Source of the DNA: Eledone cirrhosa
Taxonomy: Eukaryota
DNA length: 64,000 nt
Assembly: GCA_964016885.1 (NCBI GenBank)
Contig: OZ024742.1
Coordinates: 137,702,001-137,766,000, forward strand
Direction of reading: 5' to 3'
Positions 36,101 through 51,500 of this stretch are shown here, one piece after another. Numbering within the stretch: position 1 is the first letter of the stretch; every line of letters begins with the position of its first letter. The translations under genes were made by a program, and so were the position numbers. A model generated the notes under the pieces. The model saw nothing but the letters and a program-made list of their open reading frames with translations, had not been told where the DNA came from and ran no database searches.

Positions 36101-39100
36101 CCGCCAAAGAGTGTAGGACACCACTCACAGCAGCCACCAAAGAGTGAACGTAACAACTCACAGCAGCCACCAAAGAGTGAAAAACATCACTCACAGCAGC
36201 CACCAAAGAGTGAAAGACACCACTCACAGCAGCCGCCAAAGAGTGAATGCCACCACTCACAGTACCTACCAAAGAGTGAAAGGCACCACTCACAGGAGCC
36301 ACCAAAGAGTGAAAGGCACCACTCACAGCAGCCGCCAAAGAGTGAAAGACACCACTCACAGCAGCCACCAAAGAGTGAAAGAAACCACTCACAGCCACCA
36401 CCAAAGAGTGAAAGACACTACTCACAGCAGCCGCCAAAGAGTGAAAGGCACCACTCACAGCAGCCGCCAAAGAGTGAAAGACACCACTCACAGCAGCCAC
36501 CAAAGAGTGAAAGAAACCACTCACAGCCACCACCAAAGAGTGAAAGACACTACTCACAGCAGCCGCCAAAGAGTGAAAGGCACCACTCACAGCAGCCGCC
36601 AAAGAGTGAAAGGCACCACTCACAGCAGCCGCCAAAGAGTGAAAGACACCACTCACAGCAGCCACCAAAGAGTGAAAGAAACCACTCACAGCCACCACCA
36701 AAGAGTGAAAGACACCACTCACAGCAGCCGCCAAAGAGTGAAAGAAACCACTCACAGCCACCACCAAAGAGTGAAAGACACTACTCACAGCAGCCGCCAA
36801 AGAGTGAAAGGCACCACTCACAGCAGCCGCCAAAGAGTGAAAGACACCACTCATAGCAGCCGCCAAGGAATGAAAGACACCACTCACAGCAGCCGCTAAA
36901 GTGTGAAGGACACCACTCACAGCACATACCAAAGAGTGAAAGGCACCACTCACAGCAGCCACCAAAGAGTGAAAAACACCACTCACAGCAGCCGCCAAAG
37001 AGTGAAAGACACCACTCACAGCAGCCGCCAACGAGTGAAAGACACCACTCACAGCACCTACCAAAGAGTGAAAGGCACCACTCACAGCACCCAACAAAGA
37101 GTGAAAGACACCACTCACAGCAGCCGCCAAGGAGTGCAAGACATCCCTCACAACAGCCGTCAAAGAGTGAAAAACATCACTCACAGCCACCACCAAAGAG
37201 TGAAAAGCACCACTCACAGCAGCTGCCAAAAAGTGAAAGATACCACACACAGCAGCTATCAAAGAGTGAAAGGCACCACTCACTGCAGCCGCCAAAGTGT
37301 GAAAGACACCACTCACAGCAGCCGCTAGAGAGTGAAAAACACCACTCACAGCAGCCACCAAAGAGTGAAAGACACCACTCACAGCAGCCGCCAAGGAGTG
37401 TAAGACATCACTCACAACAGCCGTCAAAGAGTGAAAAACATCACTCACAGCCACCACCAAATAGTGAAATACACCACTCACAGCAGCCGCCAAAGAGTGA
37501 AAGACACCACTCACAGCAGCTACCAAAGACTGAATAACACTACTCATTGCAGCCGCCAAAGAGTGAAAGACACCACTCACAGCAGCCGCCAAAGTGTGAA
37601 AGACACCACTCACAGCAGCCGCTAAAGAGTGAAAGACACTACTCACAGCAGCCACCAAAGAGTGAAAGACACTACTCACAGCAGCCACCAAAGAGTGAAA
37701 GGCACTACTCACAGCAGCCGCCAAAGAGTGAAAGGCACCACTCACAGCATCCGCCAAAGAGTGAAAGACACCACTCACAGCAGCCGCTAAAGAGTGAAAA
37801 ACACCACTCGGAGCAGCCGCCAAAGAGTGAAAGACACCACTCAGAGCAGCCGCCAAAGAGTGAAAGGCACCACTCACAGCAGCCGCTAAAGAGTGAAAAA
37901 CACCACTCACAGCAGCCACCAAAGAGTGAAAGACACCACTCACAGCAGCCGCCAAGGAGTGCAAGACATCACTCACAACGGCCGTCAAAGAGTGAAAAAC
38001 ATCACTCACAGCCACCACCAAAGAGTAAAAAGCACCACTCACAGCAGCTACCAAAGAGTGAAACACACCACTCACAGCAGCTACCAAAGAGTGAAACACA
38101 CCACTCACAGCAGCCGCCAAAGAGTGCAAGACATCACTCACAGCAGCCAACAAAGAGTGAAAGACACTACTCACAGCAGCCACCAAAGAGTGAAAGGCAC
38201 TACTCACAGCAGCCGCCAAAGAGTGAAAGGCACCACTCACAGCAGCCGCCAAAGAGTGAAAGACACCACTCACAGCAGCCGCCAAAGAGTGAAAGGCATC
38301 ACTCACAGCAGCCGTCAAAGAGTGAAAGACACCACTCTCAGACACGACAAAAGAGTGAAAAGCACCACTCACAGCAGCCGCCAAAGAGTGAAAGGCACCA
38401 CTCACAGCAGCCGCCAAAGTGTGAAAGACACCACTCACAGCAGCCGCTAAAGAGTGAAAAACACCACTCACAGCAGCCACCAAAGAGTGAAAGACACCAC
38501 TCACAGCAGCCGCCAAGGAGTGTAAGACATCACTCACAACAGCCGTCAAAGAGTGAAAAACATCACTCACAGCCACCACCAAATAGTGAAAGACACCACT
38601 CACAGCAGCTATCAAAGAGTGAAAGACACCACTCACAGCAGCTACCAAAGACTGAATAACACTACTCATTGCAGCCGTCAAATAGTGAAAGACACCACTT
38701 ACAGCAGCCGCCAAAGAGTGAAAGACACCACTCACAGCGACCACCAAAGAGTGAAAGACATCACTCACAGCAGCCAACAAAGTGTGAAAGACACCACTCA
38801 CAGCAGCTCCCAAAGACTGAATAAAACTACTCATTGCAGCCGCCAAATAGTGAAAGACACCACTCACAGCAGCCGCCAAAGTGTGAAAGACACCACTCAC
38901 AGCAGCCACCAAAGAGTGAAAGGGACCACTCACAGCATCCGCCAAAGAGTGCAAGACATCACTCACAACAGCCGTCAAAGAGTGCAAGACATCACTCACA
39001 ACAGCCGTCAAAGAGTGAAAAACATCACTCACAGCCACCACCAAAGAGTGAAAGGCACCACTCACAGCAGCTGCCAAAGAGTGAAAGACACCACTCACAG

Positions 39101-42100
39101 CAGCTACCAAAGAGTGAAAAACACCACTCACAGCAGCTACCAAAGAGTGAAACACACCACTCACAGCAGCCGCCAAAGTGTGCAAGACATCACTCACAGC
39201 AGCCAACAAAGAGTGAAAGACACTACTCACAGCAGCCACCATAGAGTGAAAGGCACTACTCACAGCAGCCGCCAAAGAGTGAAACACACCACTCACAGCA
39301 GCCGCCAAAGAGTGCAAGACATCACCCACAGCAGCCAACAAAGAGTGAAAGACACTACTCACAGCAGCCGCCAAAGAGTGAACGGCACCACTCACAGCAG
39401 CCGCCAAAGAGTGAAAGACACCACTCACAGCAGCCGCCAAAGAGTGAAAGGCATCACTCACAGCAGCCGTCAAAGAGTGAAAGACACCACTCTCAGACAC
39501 GACAAAAGAGTGAAAAGCACCACTCACAGCAGCCGCCAAAGAGTGAAAGGCACCACTCACAGCAGCCGCCAAAGAGTGAAACACACCACTCACAGCAGCC
39601 ACCAAAGAGTGAACGTAACAACTCACAGCAGCCACCAAAGACTGAAAGACACCACTCACAGCACCTACCAAAGAGTGAAAGGCACCACTCACAGCACCCA
39701 ACAAAGAGTGAAAGGCACCACTCACAGCAGCCGCCAAAGAGTAAAAGACACCACTCACAGCAGCCGCCAAGGAGTGCAAGACACCACTCACAGCAGCCGC
39801 CAAGGAGTGCAAGACGTCCCTCACAACAGCCGTCAAAGAGTGAAAAACATCACTCACAGCCACCACCAAAGAGTGAAAAGCACCACTCACAGCAGCTGCC
39901 AAAAAGTGAAAGATACCACACACAGCAGCTATCAAAGAGTGAAAGGCACCACTCACTGCAGCCGCCAAAGTGTGAAAGACACCACTCACAGCAGCCGCTA
40001 GAGAGTGAAAAACACCACTCACAGCAGCCACCAAAGAGTGAAAGACACCACTCACAGCAGCCGCCAAGGAGTGTAAGACATCACTCACAACAGCCGTCAA
40101 AGAGTGAAAAACATCACTCACAGCCACCACCAAATAGTGAAATACACCACTCACAGCAGCCACCAAAGAGTGAAAGGCACCACTCACAGCAGTCGCCAAA
40201 GAGTGAAAGACACCACTCACAGCAGCTACCAAAGACTGAATAACACCACTCACAGCAGCCGCCAAAGTGTGAAAGACACCACTCACAGCAGCCGCTAAAG
40301 AGTGAAAGACACTACTCACAGCAGCAACCAAAGAGTGAAAGACACTACTCACAGCAGCCACCAAAGAGGGAAAGGCACTACTCACAGCAGCCGCCAAAGA
40401 GTGAAAGGCACCACTCACAGCATCCGCCAAAGAGTGAAAGACACCACTCAGAGCAGCCGCCAAAGTGTGAAAGACACCACTCACAGCAGCCGCTAAAGAG
40501 TGAAAAACACCACTCAGAGCAGCCGCCAAAGAGTGAAAGACACCACTCAGAGCAGCCGCCAAAGAGTGAAAGGCACCACTCACAGCAGCCGCTAAAGAGT
40601 GAAAAACACCACTCACAGCAGCCACCAAAGAGTGAAAGACACCACTCACAGCAGCCACCAAGGAGTGAAAGGGACCACTCACAGCATCCGCCAAAGAGTG
40701 CAAGACATCACTCACAACAGCCGTCAAAGAGTGCAAGACATCACTCACAACAGCCGTCAAAGAGTGAAAAACATCACTCACAGCCACCACCAAAGAGTGA
40801 AAGGCACCACTCACAGCAGCTGCCAAAGAGTGAAAAACACCACTCACAGCAGCTACCAAAGAGTGAAACACACCACTCACAGCAGCCGCCAAAGAGTGCA
40901 AGACATCACTCACAGCAGCCAACAAAGAGTGAAAGACACTACTCACAGCAGCCACCATAGAGTGAAAGGCACTACTCACAGCAGCCGCCAAAGAGTGAAA
41001 GGCACCACTCACAGCAGCCGCCAAAGAGTGAAAGACACCACTCACAGCAGCCGCCAAAGAGTGAAAGGCATCACTCACAGCAGCCGTCAAAGAGTGAAAG
41101 ACACCACTCTCAGACACGACAAAAGAGTGAAAAGCACCTCTCACAGCAGCCGCCAAAGAGTGAAAAGCACCACTCAAAGCAGCCACCAAAAAGTGAAGGA
41201 CACCACTCACAGCAGCCACCAAAGAGGGAACGGCACAACTCACAGCAGCCGCCAAAGAGTGAATGCCACCACTCACAGTACCTACCAAAGAGTGAAAGGC
41301 ACCACTCACAGGAGCCACCAAAGAGTGAAAGGCACCACTCACAGCAGCCGCCAAAGAGTGAAAGACACCACTCACAGCAGCCGCCGAAGAGTGAAAGAAA
41401 CCACTCACAGCCACCACCAAAGAGTGAAAGACACTACTCACAGCAGCCGCCAAAGAGTGAAAGGCACCACTCACAGCAGCCGCCAAAGAGTGAAAGACAC
41501 CACTCATAGCAGCCGCCAAGGAGTGAAAGACACTACTCACAGCAGCCGCTAAAATGTGAAGGACACCACTCACAGCAGCCGCCAAAGAGTGAAAGGCACC
41601 ACTCACAGCACATACCAAAGAGTGAAAGGCACCACTCACAGCAGCCACCAAAGAGTGAAAAACACCACTCACAGCAGCCGCCAAAGAGTGAAAGACACCA
41701 CTCACAGCAGCCGCCAACGAGTGAAAGACACCACTCACAGCACCTACCAAAGAGTGAAAGGCACCACTCACAGCACCCAACAAAGAGTGAAAAACACCAT
41801 TCACAGTAGCCGCCAAAGAGTGAATCACATCACTCACAGCAGCCGCCAAAGAGTAAAAAACACCACTCACAGCAGCCACCAAAGAGTGCAAGACACCACT
41901 CACAGCAGCCGCCAAGGAGTGCAAGACATCCCTCACAACAGCCGTCAAAGAGTGAAAAACATCACTCACAGCCACCACCAAAGAGTGAAAAGCACCACTC
42001 ACAGCAGCTGCCAAAAAGTGAAAGATACCACACACAGCAGCTATCAAAGAGTGAAAGGCACCACTCACTGCAGCCGCCAAAGTGTGAAAGACACCACTCA

Positions 42101-45100
42101 CAGCAGCCGCTAGAGAGTGAAAAACACCACTCACAGCAGCCACCAAAGAGTGAAAGACACCACTCACAGCAGCCGCCAAGGAGTGTAAGACATCACTCAC
42201 AGCAGCCGTCAAAGAGTGAAAAACATCACTCACAGCCACCACCAAATAGTGAAATACACCACTCACAGCAGCCGCCAAAGAGTGAAAGACACCATTCACA
42301 GCAGCTACCAAAGAGTGAAACACACCACTCACACCAGCCGCCAAAGAGTGCAAGACATCACTCACAGCAGCCAACAAAGAGTGAAAGACACTACTCACAG
42401 CAGCCACCAGAGAGTGAAAGGCACTACTCACAGCAGCCGCCAAAGATGAAAGGCACCACTCACAGCAGCCGCCAAAGAGTGAAAGACACCACTCACAGCA
42501 GCCGCCAAAGAGTGAAAGGCATCACTCACAGCAGCCGTCAAAGAGTGAAAGACACCGCTCTCAGACACGACAAAAGAGTGAAAAGCACCACTCACAGCAG
42601 CCGCCAAAGAGTGAAAGGCACCACTCACAGCAGACGCCAAAGAGTGAAGGACACCACTCACAGCAGCCGCCAAAGAGTGAAAGGCACCACTCGCAGCAGC
42701 CGCTAAAGTGTGATAGACACTACTCACAGCAGCCGCCAAAGAGTGAAGGACACCACTCACAGCAGCCGCCAAAGAGTGAAAGGCACCACTCACAGCAGAC
42801 GCCAAAGAGTGAAACACACCACTCACAGCAGCCACCAAAGAGTGAAAGACACCACTCACAGCAGCCGCCGAAGAGTGAAAGAAACCACTCACAGCCACAC
42901 CAAAGAGTGAAAGACACTACTCACAGCAGCCGCCAAAGAGTGAAAGGCACCACTCACAGCAGGCGCCAAAGAGTGAAAGACACCACTCACAGCAGCCGCC
43001 AACGAGTGAAAGACACCACTCACAGCACCTACCAAAGAGTGAAAGGCACCACTCACAGCAGCCGCCAAAGAGTGAATCACATCACTCACAGCAGCCGCCA
43101 AAGAGTAAAAAACACCACTCACAGCAGCCACCAAAGAGTGAAAGACACCACTCACAGCAGCCGCCAAGGAGTGCAAGACATCCCTCACAACAGCCGTCAA
43201 AGAGTGAAAAACATCACTCACAGCCACCACCAAAGAGTGAAAAGCACCACTCACAGCAGCTGCCAAAAAGTGAAAGATACCACACACAGCAGCTATCAAA
43301 GAGTGAAAGGCACCACTCACTGCAGCCGCCAAAGTGTGAAAGACACCACTCACAGCAGCCGCTAGAGAGTGAAAAACACCACTCACAGCAGCCACCAAAG
43401 AGTGAAAGACACCACTCACAGCAGCCGCCAAGGAGTGTAAGACATCACTCACAACAGCCGTCAAAGAGTGAAAAACATCACTCACAGCCACCACCAAATA
43501 GTGAAATACACCACTCACAGCAGCCGCCAAAGAGTGAAAGACACCATTCACAGCAGCTACCAAAGAGTGAAACACACCACTCACACCAGCCGCCAAAGAG
43601 TGCAAGACATCACTCACAGCAGCCAACAAAGAGTGAAAGACACTACTCACAGCAGCCACCAGAGAGTGAAAGGCACTACTCACAGCAGCCGCCAAAGAGT
43701 GAAAGGCACCACTCACAGCAGCCGCCAAAGAGTGAAAGACACCACTCACAGCAGCCGCCAAAGAGTGAAAGGCATCACTCACAGCAGCCGTCAAAGAGTG
43801 AAAGACACCGCTCTCAGACACGACAAAAGAGTGAAAAGCACCACTCACAGCAGCCGCCAAAGAGTGAAAGGCACCACTCACAGCAGACGCCAAAGAGTGA
43901 AGGACACCACTCACAGCAGCCGCCAAAGAGTGAAAGGCACCACTCGCAGCAGCCGCTAAAGTGTGATAGACACCACTCACAGCAGCCGCCAAAGAGTGAA
44001 GGACACCACTCACAGCAGCCGCCAAAGAGTGAAAGGCACCACTCACAGCAGACGCCAAAGAGTGAAACACACCACTCACAGCAGCCACCAAAGAGTGAAA
44101 GACACCACTCACAGCAGCCGCCGAAGAGTGAAAGAAACCACTCACAGCCACACCAAAGAGTGAAAGACACTACTCACAGCAGCCGCCAAAGAGTGAAAGG
44201 CACCACTCACAGCAGGCGCCAAAGAGTGAAAGACACCACTCACAGCAGCCGCCAACGAGTGAAAGACACCACTCACAGCACCTACCAAAGAGTGAAAGGC
44301 ACCACTCACAGCAGCCGCCAACGAGTGAATCACATCACTCACAGCAGCCGCCAAAGAGTAAAAAACACCACTCACAGCAGCCACCAAAGAGTGAAAGACA
44401 CCACTCACAGCAGCCGCCAAGGAGTGCAAGACATCCGTCACAACAGCCGTCAAAGAGTGAAAAACATCACTCACAGCCACCACCAAAGAGTGAAAAGCAC
44501 CACTCACCGCAGCTGCCAAAAAGTGAAAGATACCACACACAGCAGCTATCAAAGAGTGAAAGGCACCACTCATTGCAGCCGCCAAAGTGTAAAAGACACC
44601 ACTCACAGCAGCCGCTAGAGAGTGAAAAACACCACTCACAGCAGCCACCAAAGAGTGAAAGACACCACTCACAGCAGCCGCCAAGGAGTGTAAGACATCA
44701 CTCACAACAGCCGTCAAAGAGTGAAAAACATCACTCACAGCCACCACCAAATAGTGAAATACACCACTCACAGCAGCCGCCAAAGAGTGAAAGACACCAC
44801 TCACAGCAGCCGCCAAAGACTGAATAACACTACTCATTGCAGCCGCCAAAGAGTGAAAGACACCACTTACAGCAGCCAACAAAGAGTGAAAGACACTACT
44901 CACAGCAGCCACCAAAGAGTGAAAGGCACTACTCACAGCAGCCGCCAAAGAGTGAAAGGCACCACTCACAGCATCCGCCAAAGAGTGAAAGACACCACTC
45001 AGAGCAGCCGCCAAAGTGTGAAAGACACCACTCACAGCAGCCGCCAAGGAGTGCAAGACACCACTCACAACGGAGGTCAAAGAGTGAAAAACATCACTCA

Positions 45101-45599
45101 CAGCCACCACCAAAGAGTGAAAAGCACCACTCACAGCAGCTACCAAAGAGTGAAACACACCACTCACAGCAGCTACCAAAGAGTGAAACACACCACTCAC
45201 AGCAGCCGCCAAAGAGTGCAAGACATCACTCACAGCAGCCAACAAAGAGTGAAAGACACTACTCACAGCAGCCACCAAAGAGTGAAAGGCACTACTCACA
45301 GCAGCCGCCAAAGAGTGAAAGGCACCACTCACAGCAGACGCCAAAGAGTGAAAGACACCACTCACAGCAGCCGCCAAAGAGTGAAAGGCATCACTCACAG
45401 CACCCGTCAAAGAGTGAAAGACACCACTCTCAGACACGACAAAAGAGTGAAAAGCACCACTCACAGCAGCCGCCAAAGAGTGAAAGGCACCACTCACAGC
45501 AGACGCCAAAGAGTGAAACACACCACTCACAGCAGCCACCAAAGAGTGAACGTAACAACTCACAGCAGCCACCAAAGAGTGAAAGACACCACTCACACC

Positions 45600-48500
45600 A
45601 GCCGCCAAAGAGTGAAGGACACCACTCACATCAGCCGCCAAAGAGTGAAAGGCACCACTCGCAGCAGCCGCTAAAGTGTGATAGACACCACTCACAGCAG
45701 CCACCAAAGAGTGAAAGACACCACTCACAGCAGCCACCAAAGAGGGAACGGCACAACTCCCAGCAGCCGCCAAAGAGTGAATGCCACCACTCACAGTACC
45801 TACCAAAGAGTGAAAGGCACCACTCACAGGAGCCACCAAAGAGTGAAAGGCACCACTCACAGCAGCCGCCAAAGAGTGAAAGACACCACTCACAGCAGCC
45901 GCCGAAGAGTGAAAGAAACCACTCACAGCCACCACCAAAGAGTGAAAGACACTACTCACAGCAGCCGCCAAAGAGTGAAAGGCACCACTCACAGCAGCCG
46001 CCAAGGAGTGAAAGACACCACTCACAGCAGCCGCTAAAGTGTGAAGGACATCACTCACAGCACATACCAAAGAGTGAAAGGCACCACTCACAGCAGCCAC
46101 CAAAGAGTGAAAGACACCACTCACAGCAGCCGCCAAAGAGTGAAAAACACCACTCACAGCAGCCGCCAAAGAGTGAAAGACACCACTCACAGCAGCCGCC
46201 AACGAGTGAAAGACACCACTCACAGCACCTACCAAAGAGTGAAAGGCACCACTCACAGCACCCAACAAAGAGTGAAATACACCACTCACAGTAGCCGCCA
46301 AAGAGTGAAAGATACCACACACAGCAGCCGCCAAAGAGTAAAAAACACCACTCACAGCAGCCACCAAAGAGTGAAAGACACCACTCACAGCAGCCGCCAA
46401 AGAGTGAAAGATACCACACACAGCAGCCGCCAAAGAGTGAAAGACACCACTCACAGCAGCCGCCAAAGAGTGAAAGACACCACTCACAGCAGCTATCAAA
46501 GAGTAAAAGGCACCACTCACTGCAGCCGCCAAAGTGTGAAAGACACCACTCACAGCAGCCGCCAAGGAGTGTAAGACATCACTCACAACAGCCGTCAAAT
46601 AGTGAAAAACATCACTCACAGCCACCACCAAATAGTGAAAGACACCACTCACAGCAGCCAACAAAGAGTGAAAGACACTACTCACAGCAGCCAACAAAGA
46701 GTGAAATACACCACTCACAGCAGCCAACAAAGAGTGAAAGACACCACCCACAGCAGCCGCCAAAGAGTGAAAGCCACCACTCACAGTAGCCGCCAAAGAG
46801 TGAAAGACACCACTCACAGCAGCCAACAAAGAGTGAAAGACACCACTCACAGCAGCCGCCAAAGAGTGAAAGGCATCACTCACAGCAGCCGCCAAAGAGT
46901 GAAAGGCACCACTCACAGCAGCCACCAAAGAGTGAAAGACACCACTCACAGCAGCCGCCAAAGAGTGAAAGGCACCACTCACAGCAGCCACCAAAGAGTG
47001 AAAGGCACCACTCACAGCAGCCACCAAAGAGGGAACGGCACAACTCACAGCAGCCGCCAAAGAGTGAATGCCACCACTCACAGTACCTACCAAAGAGTGA
47101 AAGGCACCACTCACAGGAGCCACCAAAGAGTGAAAGGTACCACTCACAGCAGCCGCCAAAGAGTGAAAGACACCACTCACAGCAGCCGCCGAAGAGTGAA
47201 AGAAACCACTCACAGCCACCACCAAAGAGTGAAAGACACTACTCACAGCAGCCGCCAAAGAGTGAAAGGCACCACTCACAGCAGCCGCCAAAGAGTGAAG
47301 GACACCACTCATAGCAGCCGCCAAGGAATGAAAGACACCACTCACAGCAGCCGCCAAAGAGTGGACGGCACCACACACAGTAGCCGCCAAAGAGTGAAAG
47401 ACACTACTCACAGCAGCCGCTAAAGTGTGAAGGACACCACTCACAGCACATACCAAAGAGTGAAAGGCACCACTCACAGCAGCCACCAAAGAGTGAAAAA
47501 CACCACTCACAGCAGCCGCCAAAGAGTGAAAGACACCACTCACAGCAGCCGCCAACGAGTGAAAGACACCACTCACAGCACCTACCAAAGAGTGAAAGGC
47601 ACCACTCACAGCACCCAACAAAGAGTGAAAGACACCACTCACAGTAGCCGCCAAAGAGTGAAAGATACCACACACAGCAGCCGCCAAAGAGTGAAAGGCA
47701 CCACTCACAGCAGACGCCAAAGAGTGAAACACACCACTCACAGCAGCCACCAAAGAGTGAACGTAACAACTCACAGCAGCCACCAAAGAGTGAAAGACAC
47801 CACTCACACCAGCCGCCAAAGAGTGAAGGACACCACTCACATCAGCCGCCAAAGAGTGAAAGGCACCACTCGCAGCAGCCGCTAAAGTGTGATAGACACC
47901 ACTCACAGCAGCCACCAAAGAGTGAAAGACACCACTCACAGCAGCCACCAAAGAGGGAACGGCACAACTCCCAGCAGCCGCCAAAGAGTGAATGCCACCA
48001 CTCACAGTACCTACCAAAGAGTGAAAGGCACCACTCACAGGAGCCACCAAAGAGTGAAAGGCACCACTCACAGCAGCCGCCAAAGAGTGAAAGACACCAC
48101 TCACAGCAGCCGCCGAAGAGTGAAAGAAACCACTCACAGCCACCACCAAAGAGTGAAAGACACTACTCACAGCAGCCGCCAAAGAGTGAAAGGCACCACT
48201 CACAGCAGCCGCCAAGGAGTGAAAGACACCACTCACAGCAGCCGCTAAAGTGTGAAGGACATCACTCACAGCACATACCAAAGAGTGAAAGGCACCACTC
48301 ACAGCAGCCACCAAAGAGTGAAAGACACCACTCACAGCAGCCGCCAAAGAGTGAAAAACACCACTCACAGCAGCCGCCAAAGAGTGAAAGACACCACTCA
48401 CAGCAGCCGCCAACGAGTGAAAGACACCACTCACAGCACCTACCAAAGAGTGAAAGGCACCACTCACAGCACCCAACAAAGAGTGAAATACACCACTCAC

Positions 48501-51500
48501 AGTAGCCGCCAAAGAGTGAAAGATACCACACACAGCAGCCGCCAAAGAGTAAAAAACACCACTCACAGCAGCCACCAAAGAGTGAAAGACACCACTCACA
48601 GCAGCCGCCAAAGAGTGAAAGATACCACACACAGCAGCCGCCAAAGAGTGAAAGACACCACTCACAGCAGCCGCCAAAGAGTGAAAGACACCACTCACAG
48701 CAGCTATCAAAGAGTAAAAGGCACCACTCACTGCAGCCGCCAAAGTGTGAAAGACACCACTCACAGCAGCCGCCAAGGAGTGTAAGACATCACTCACAAC
48801 AGCCGTCAAATAGTGAAAAACATCACTCACAGCCACCACCAAATAGTGAAAGACACCACTCACAGCAGCCAACAAAGAGTGAAAGACACTACTCACAGCA
48901 GCCAACAAAGAGTGAAATACACCACTCACAGCAGCCAACAAAGAGTGAAAGACACCACCCACAGCAGCCGCCAAAGAGTGAAAGCCACCACTCACAGTAG
49001 CCGCCAAAGAGTGAAAGACACCACTCACAGCAGCCAACAAAGAGTGAAAGACACCACTCACAGCAGCCGCCAAAGAGTGAAAGGCATCACTCACAGCAGC
49101 CGCCAAAGAGTGAAAGGCACCACTCACAGCAGCCACCAAAGAGTGAAAGACACCACTCACAGCAGCCGCCAAAGAGTGAAAGGCACCACTCACAGCAGCC
49201 ACCAAAGAGTGAAAGGCACCACTCACAGCAGCCACCAAAGAGGGAACGGCACAACTCACAGCAGCCGCCAAAGAGTGAATGCCACCACTCACAGTACCTA
49301 CCAAAGAGTGAAAGGCACCACTCACAGGAGCCACCAAAGAGTGAAAGGTACCACTCACAGCAGCCGCCAAAGAGTGAAAGACACCACTCACAGCAGCCGC
49401 CGAAGAGTGAAAGAAACCACTCACAGCCACCACCAAAGAGTGAAAGACACTACTCACAGCAGCCGCCAAAGAGTGAAAGGCACCACTCACAGCAGCCGCC
49501 AAAGAGTGAAGGACACCACTCATAGCAGCCGCCAAGGAATGAAAGACACCACTCACAGCAGCCGCCAAAGAGTGGACGGCACCACACACAGTAGCCGCCA
49601 AAGAGTGAAAGACACTACTCACAGCAGCCGCTAAAGTGTGAAGGACACCACTCACAGCACATACCAAAGAGTGAAAGGCACCACTCACAGCAGCCACCAA
49701 AGAGTGAAAAACACCACTCACAGCAGCCGCCAAAGAGTGAAAGACACCACTCACAGCAGCCGCCAACGAGTGAAAGACACCACTCACAGCACCTACCAAA
49801 GAGTGAAAGGCACCACTCACAGCACCCAACAAAGAGTGAAAGACACCACTCACAGTAGCCGCCAAAGAGTGAAAGATACCACACACAGCAGCCGCCAAAG
49901 AGCGAAAGGCATCACTCACAGCAGCCGTCAAAGAGTGAAAGACACCACTCTCAGACACGACAAAAGAGTGAAAAGCACCTCTCACAGCAGCCGCCAAAGA
50001 GTGAAAAGCACCACTCAAAGCAGCCACCAAAAAGTGAAGGACACCACTCACAGCAGCCACCAAAGAGGGAACGGCACAACTCACAGCAGCCGCCAAAGAG
50101 TGAATGCCACCACTCACAGTACCTACCAAAGAGTGAAAGGCACCACTCACAGGAGCCACCAAAGAGTGAAAGGCACCACTCACAGCAGCCGCCAAAGAGT
50201 GAAAGACACCACTCACAGCAGCCGCCGAAGAGTGAAAGAAACCACTCACAGCCACCACCAAAGAGTGAAAGACACTACTCACAGCAGCCGCCAAAGAGTG
50301 AAAGGCACCACTCACAGCAGCCGCCAAACAGTGAAAGACACCACTCATAGCAGCCGCCAAGAAGTGAAAGACACTACTCACAGCAGCCGCTAAAGTGTGA
50401 AGGACACCACTCACAGCAGCCGCCAAAGAGTGAAAGGCACCACTCACAGCACATACCAAAGAGTGAAAGGCACCACTCACAGCAGCCACCAAAGAGTGAA
50501 AAACAACACTCACAGCAGCCGCCAAAGAGTGAAAGACACCACTCACAGCAGCCGCCAACGAGTGAAAGACACCACTCACAGCACCTACCAAAGAGTGAAA
50601 GGCACCACTCACAGCACCCAACAAAGAGTGAAAAACACCATTCACAGTAGCCGCCAAAGAGTGAATCACATCACTCACAGCAGCCGCCAAAGAGTAAAAA
50701 ACACCACTCACAGCAGCCACCAAAGAGTGCAAGACACCACTCACAGCAGCCGCCAAGGAGTGCAAGACATCCCTCACAACAGCCGTCAAAGAGTGAAAAA
50801 CATCACTCACAGCCACCACCAAAGAGTGAAAAGCACCACTCACAGCAGCTGCCAAAAAGTGAAAGATACCACACACAGCAGCTATCAAAGAGTGAAAGGC
50901 ACCACTCACTGCAGCCGCCAAAGTGTGAAAGACACCACTCACAGCAGCCGCTAGAGAGTGAAAAACACCACTCACAGCAGCCACCAAAGATTGAAAGACA
51001 CCACTCACAGCAGCCGCCAAGGAGTGTAAGACATCACTCACAACAGCCGTCAAAGAGTGAAAAACATCACTCACAGCCACCACCAAATAGTGAAATACAC
51101 CACTCACAGCAGCCGCCAAAGAGTGAAAGACACTACTCACAGCAGCTACCAAAGAGTGAAACACACCACTCACACCAGCCGCCAAAGAGTGCAAGACATC
51201 ACTCACAGCAGCCAACAAAGAGTGAAAGACACTACTCACAGCAGCCACCAGAGAGTGAAAGGCACTACTCACAGCAGCCGCCAAAGAGTGAAAGGCACCA
51301 CTCACAGCAGCCGCCAAAGAGTGAAAGACACCACTCACAGCAGCCGCCAAAGAGTGAAAGACACCACTCACAGCAGCTATCAAAGAGTAAAAGGCACCAC
51401 TCACTGCAGCCGCCAAAGTGTGAAAGACACCACTCACAGCAGCCGCCAAGGAGTGTAAGACATCACTCACAACAGCCGTCAAATAGTGAAAAACATCACT

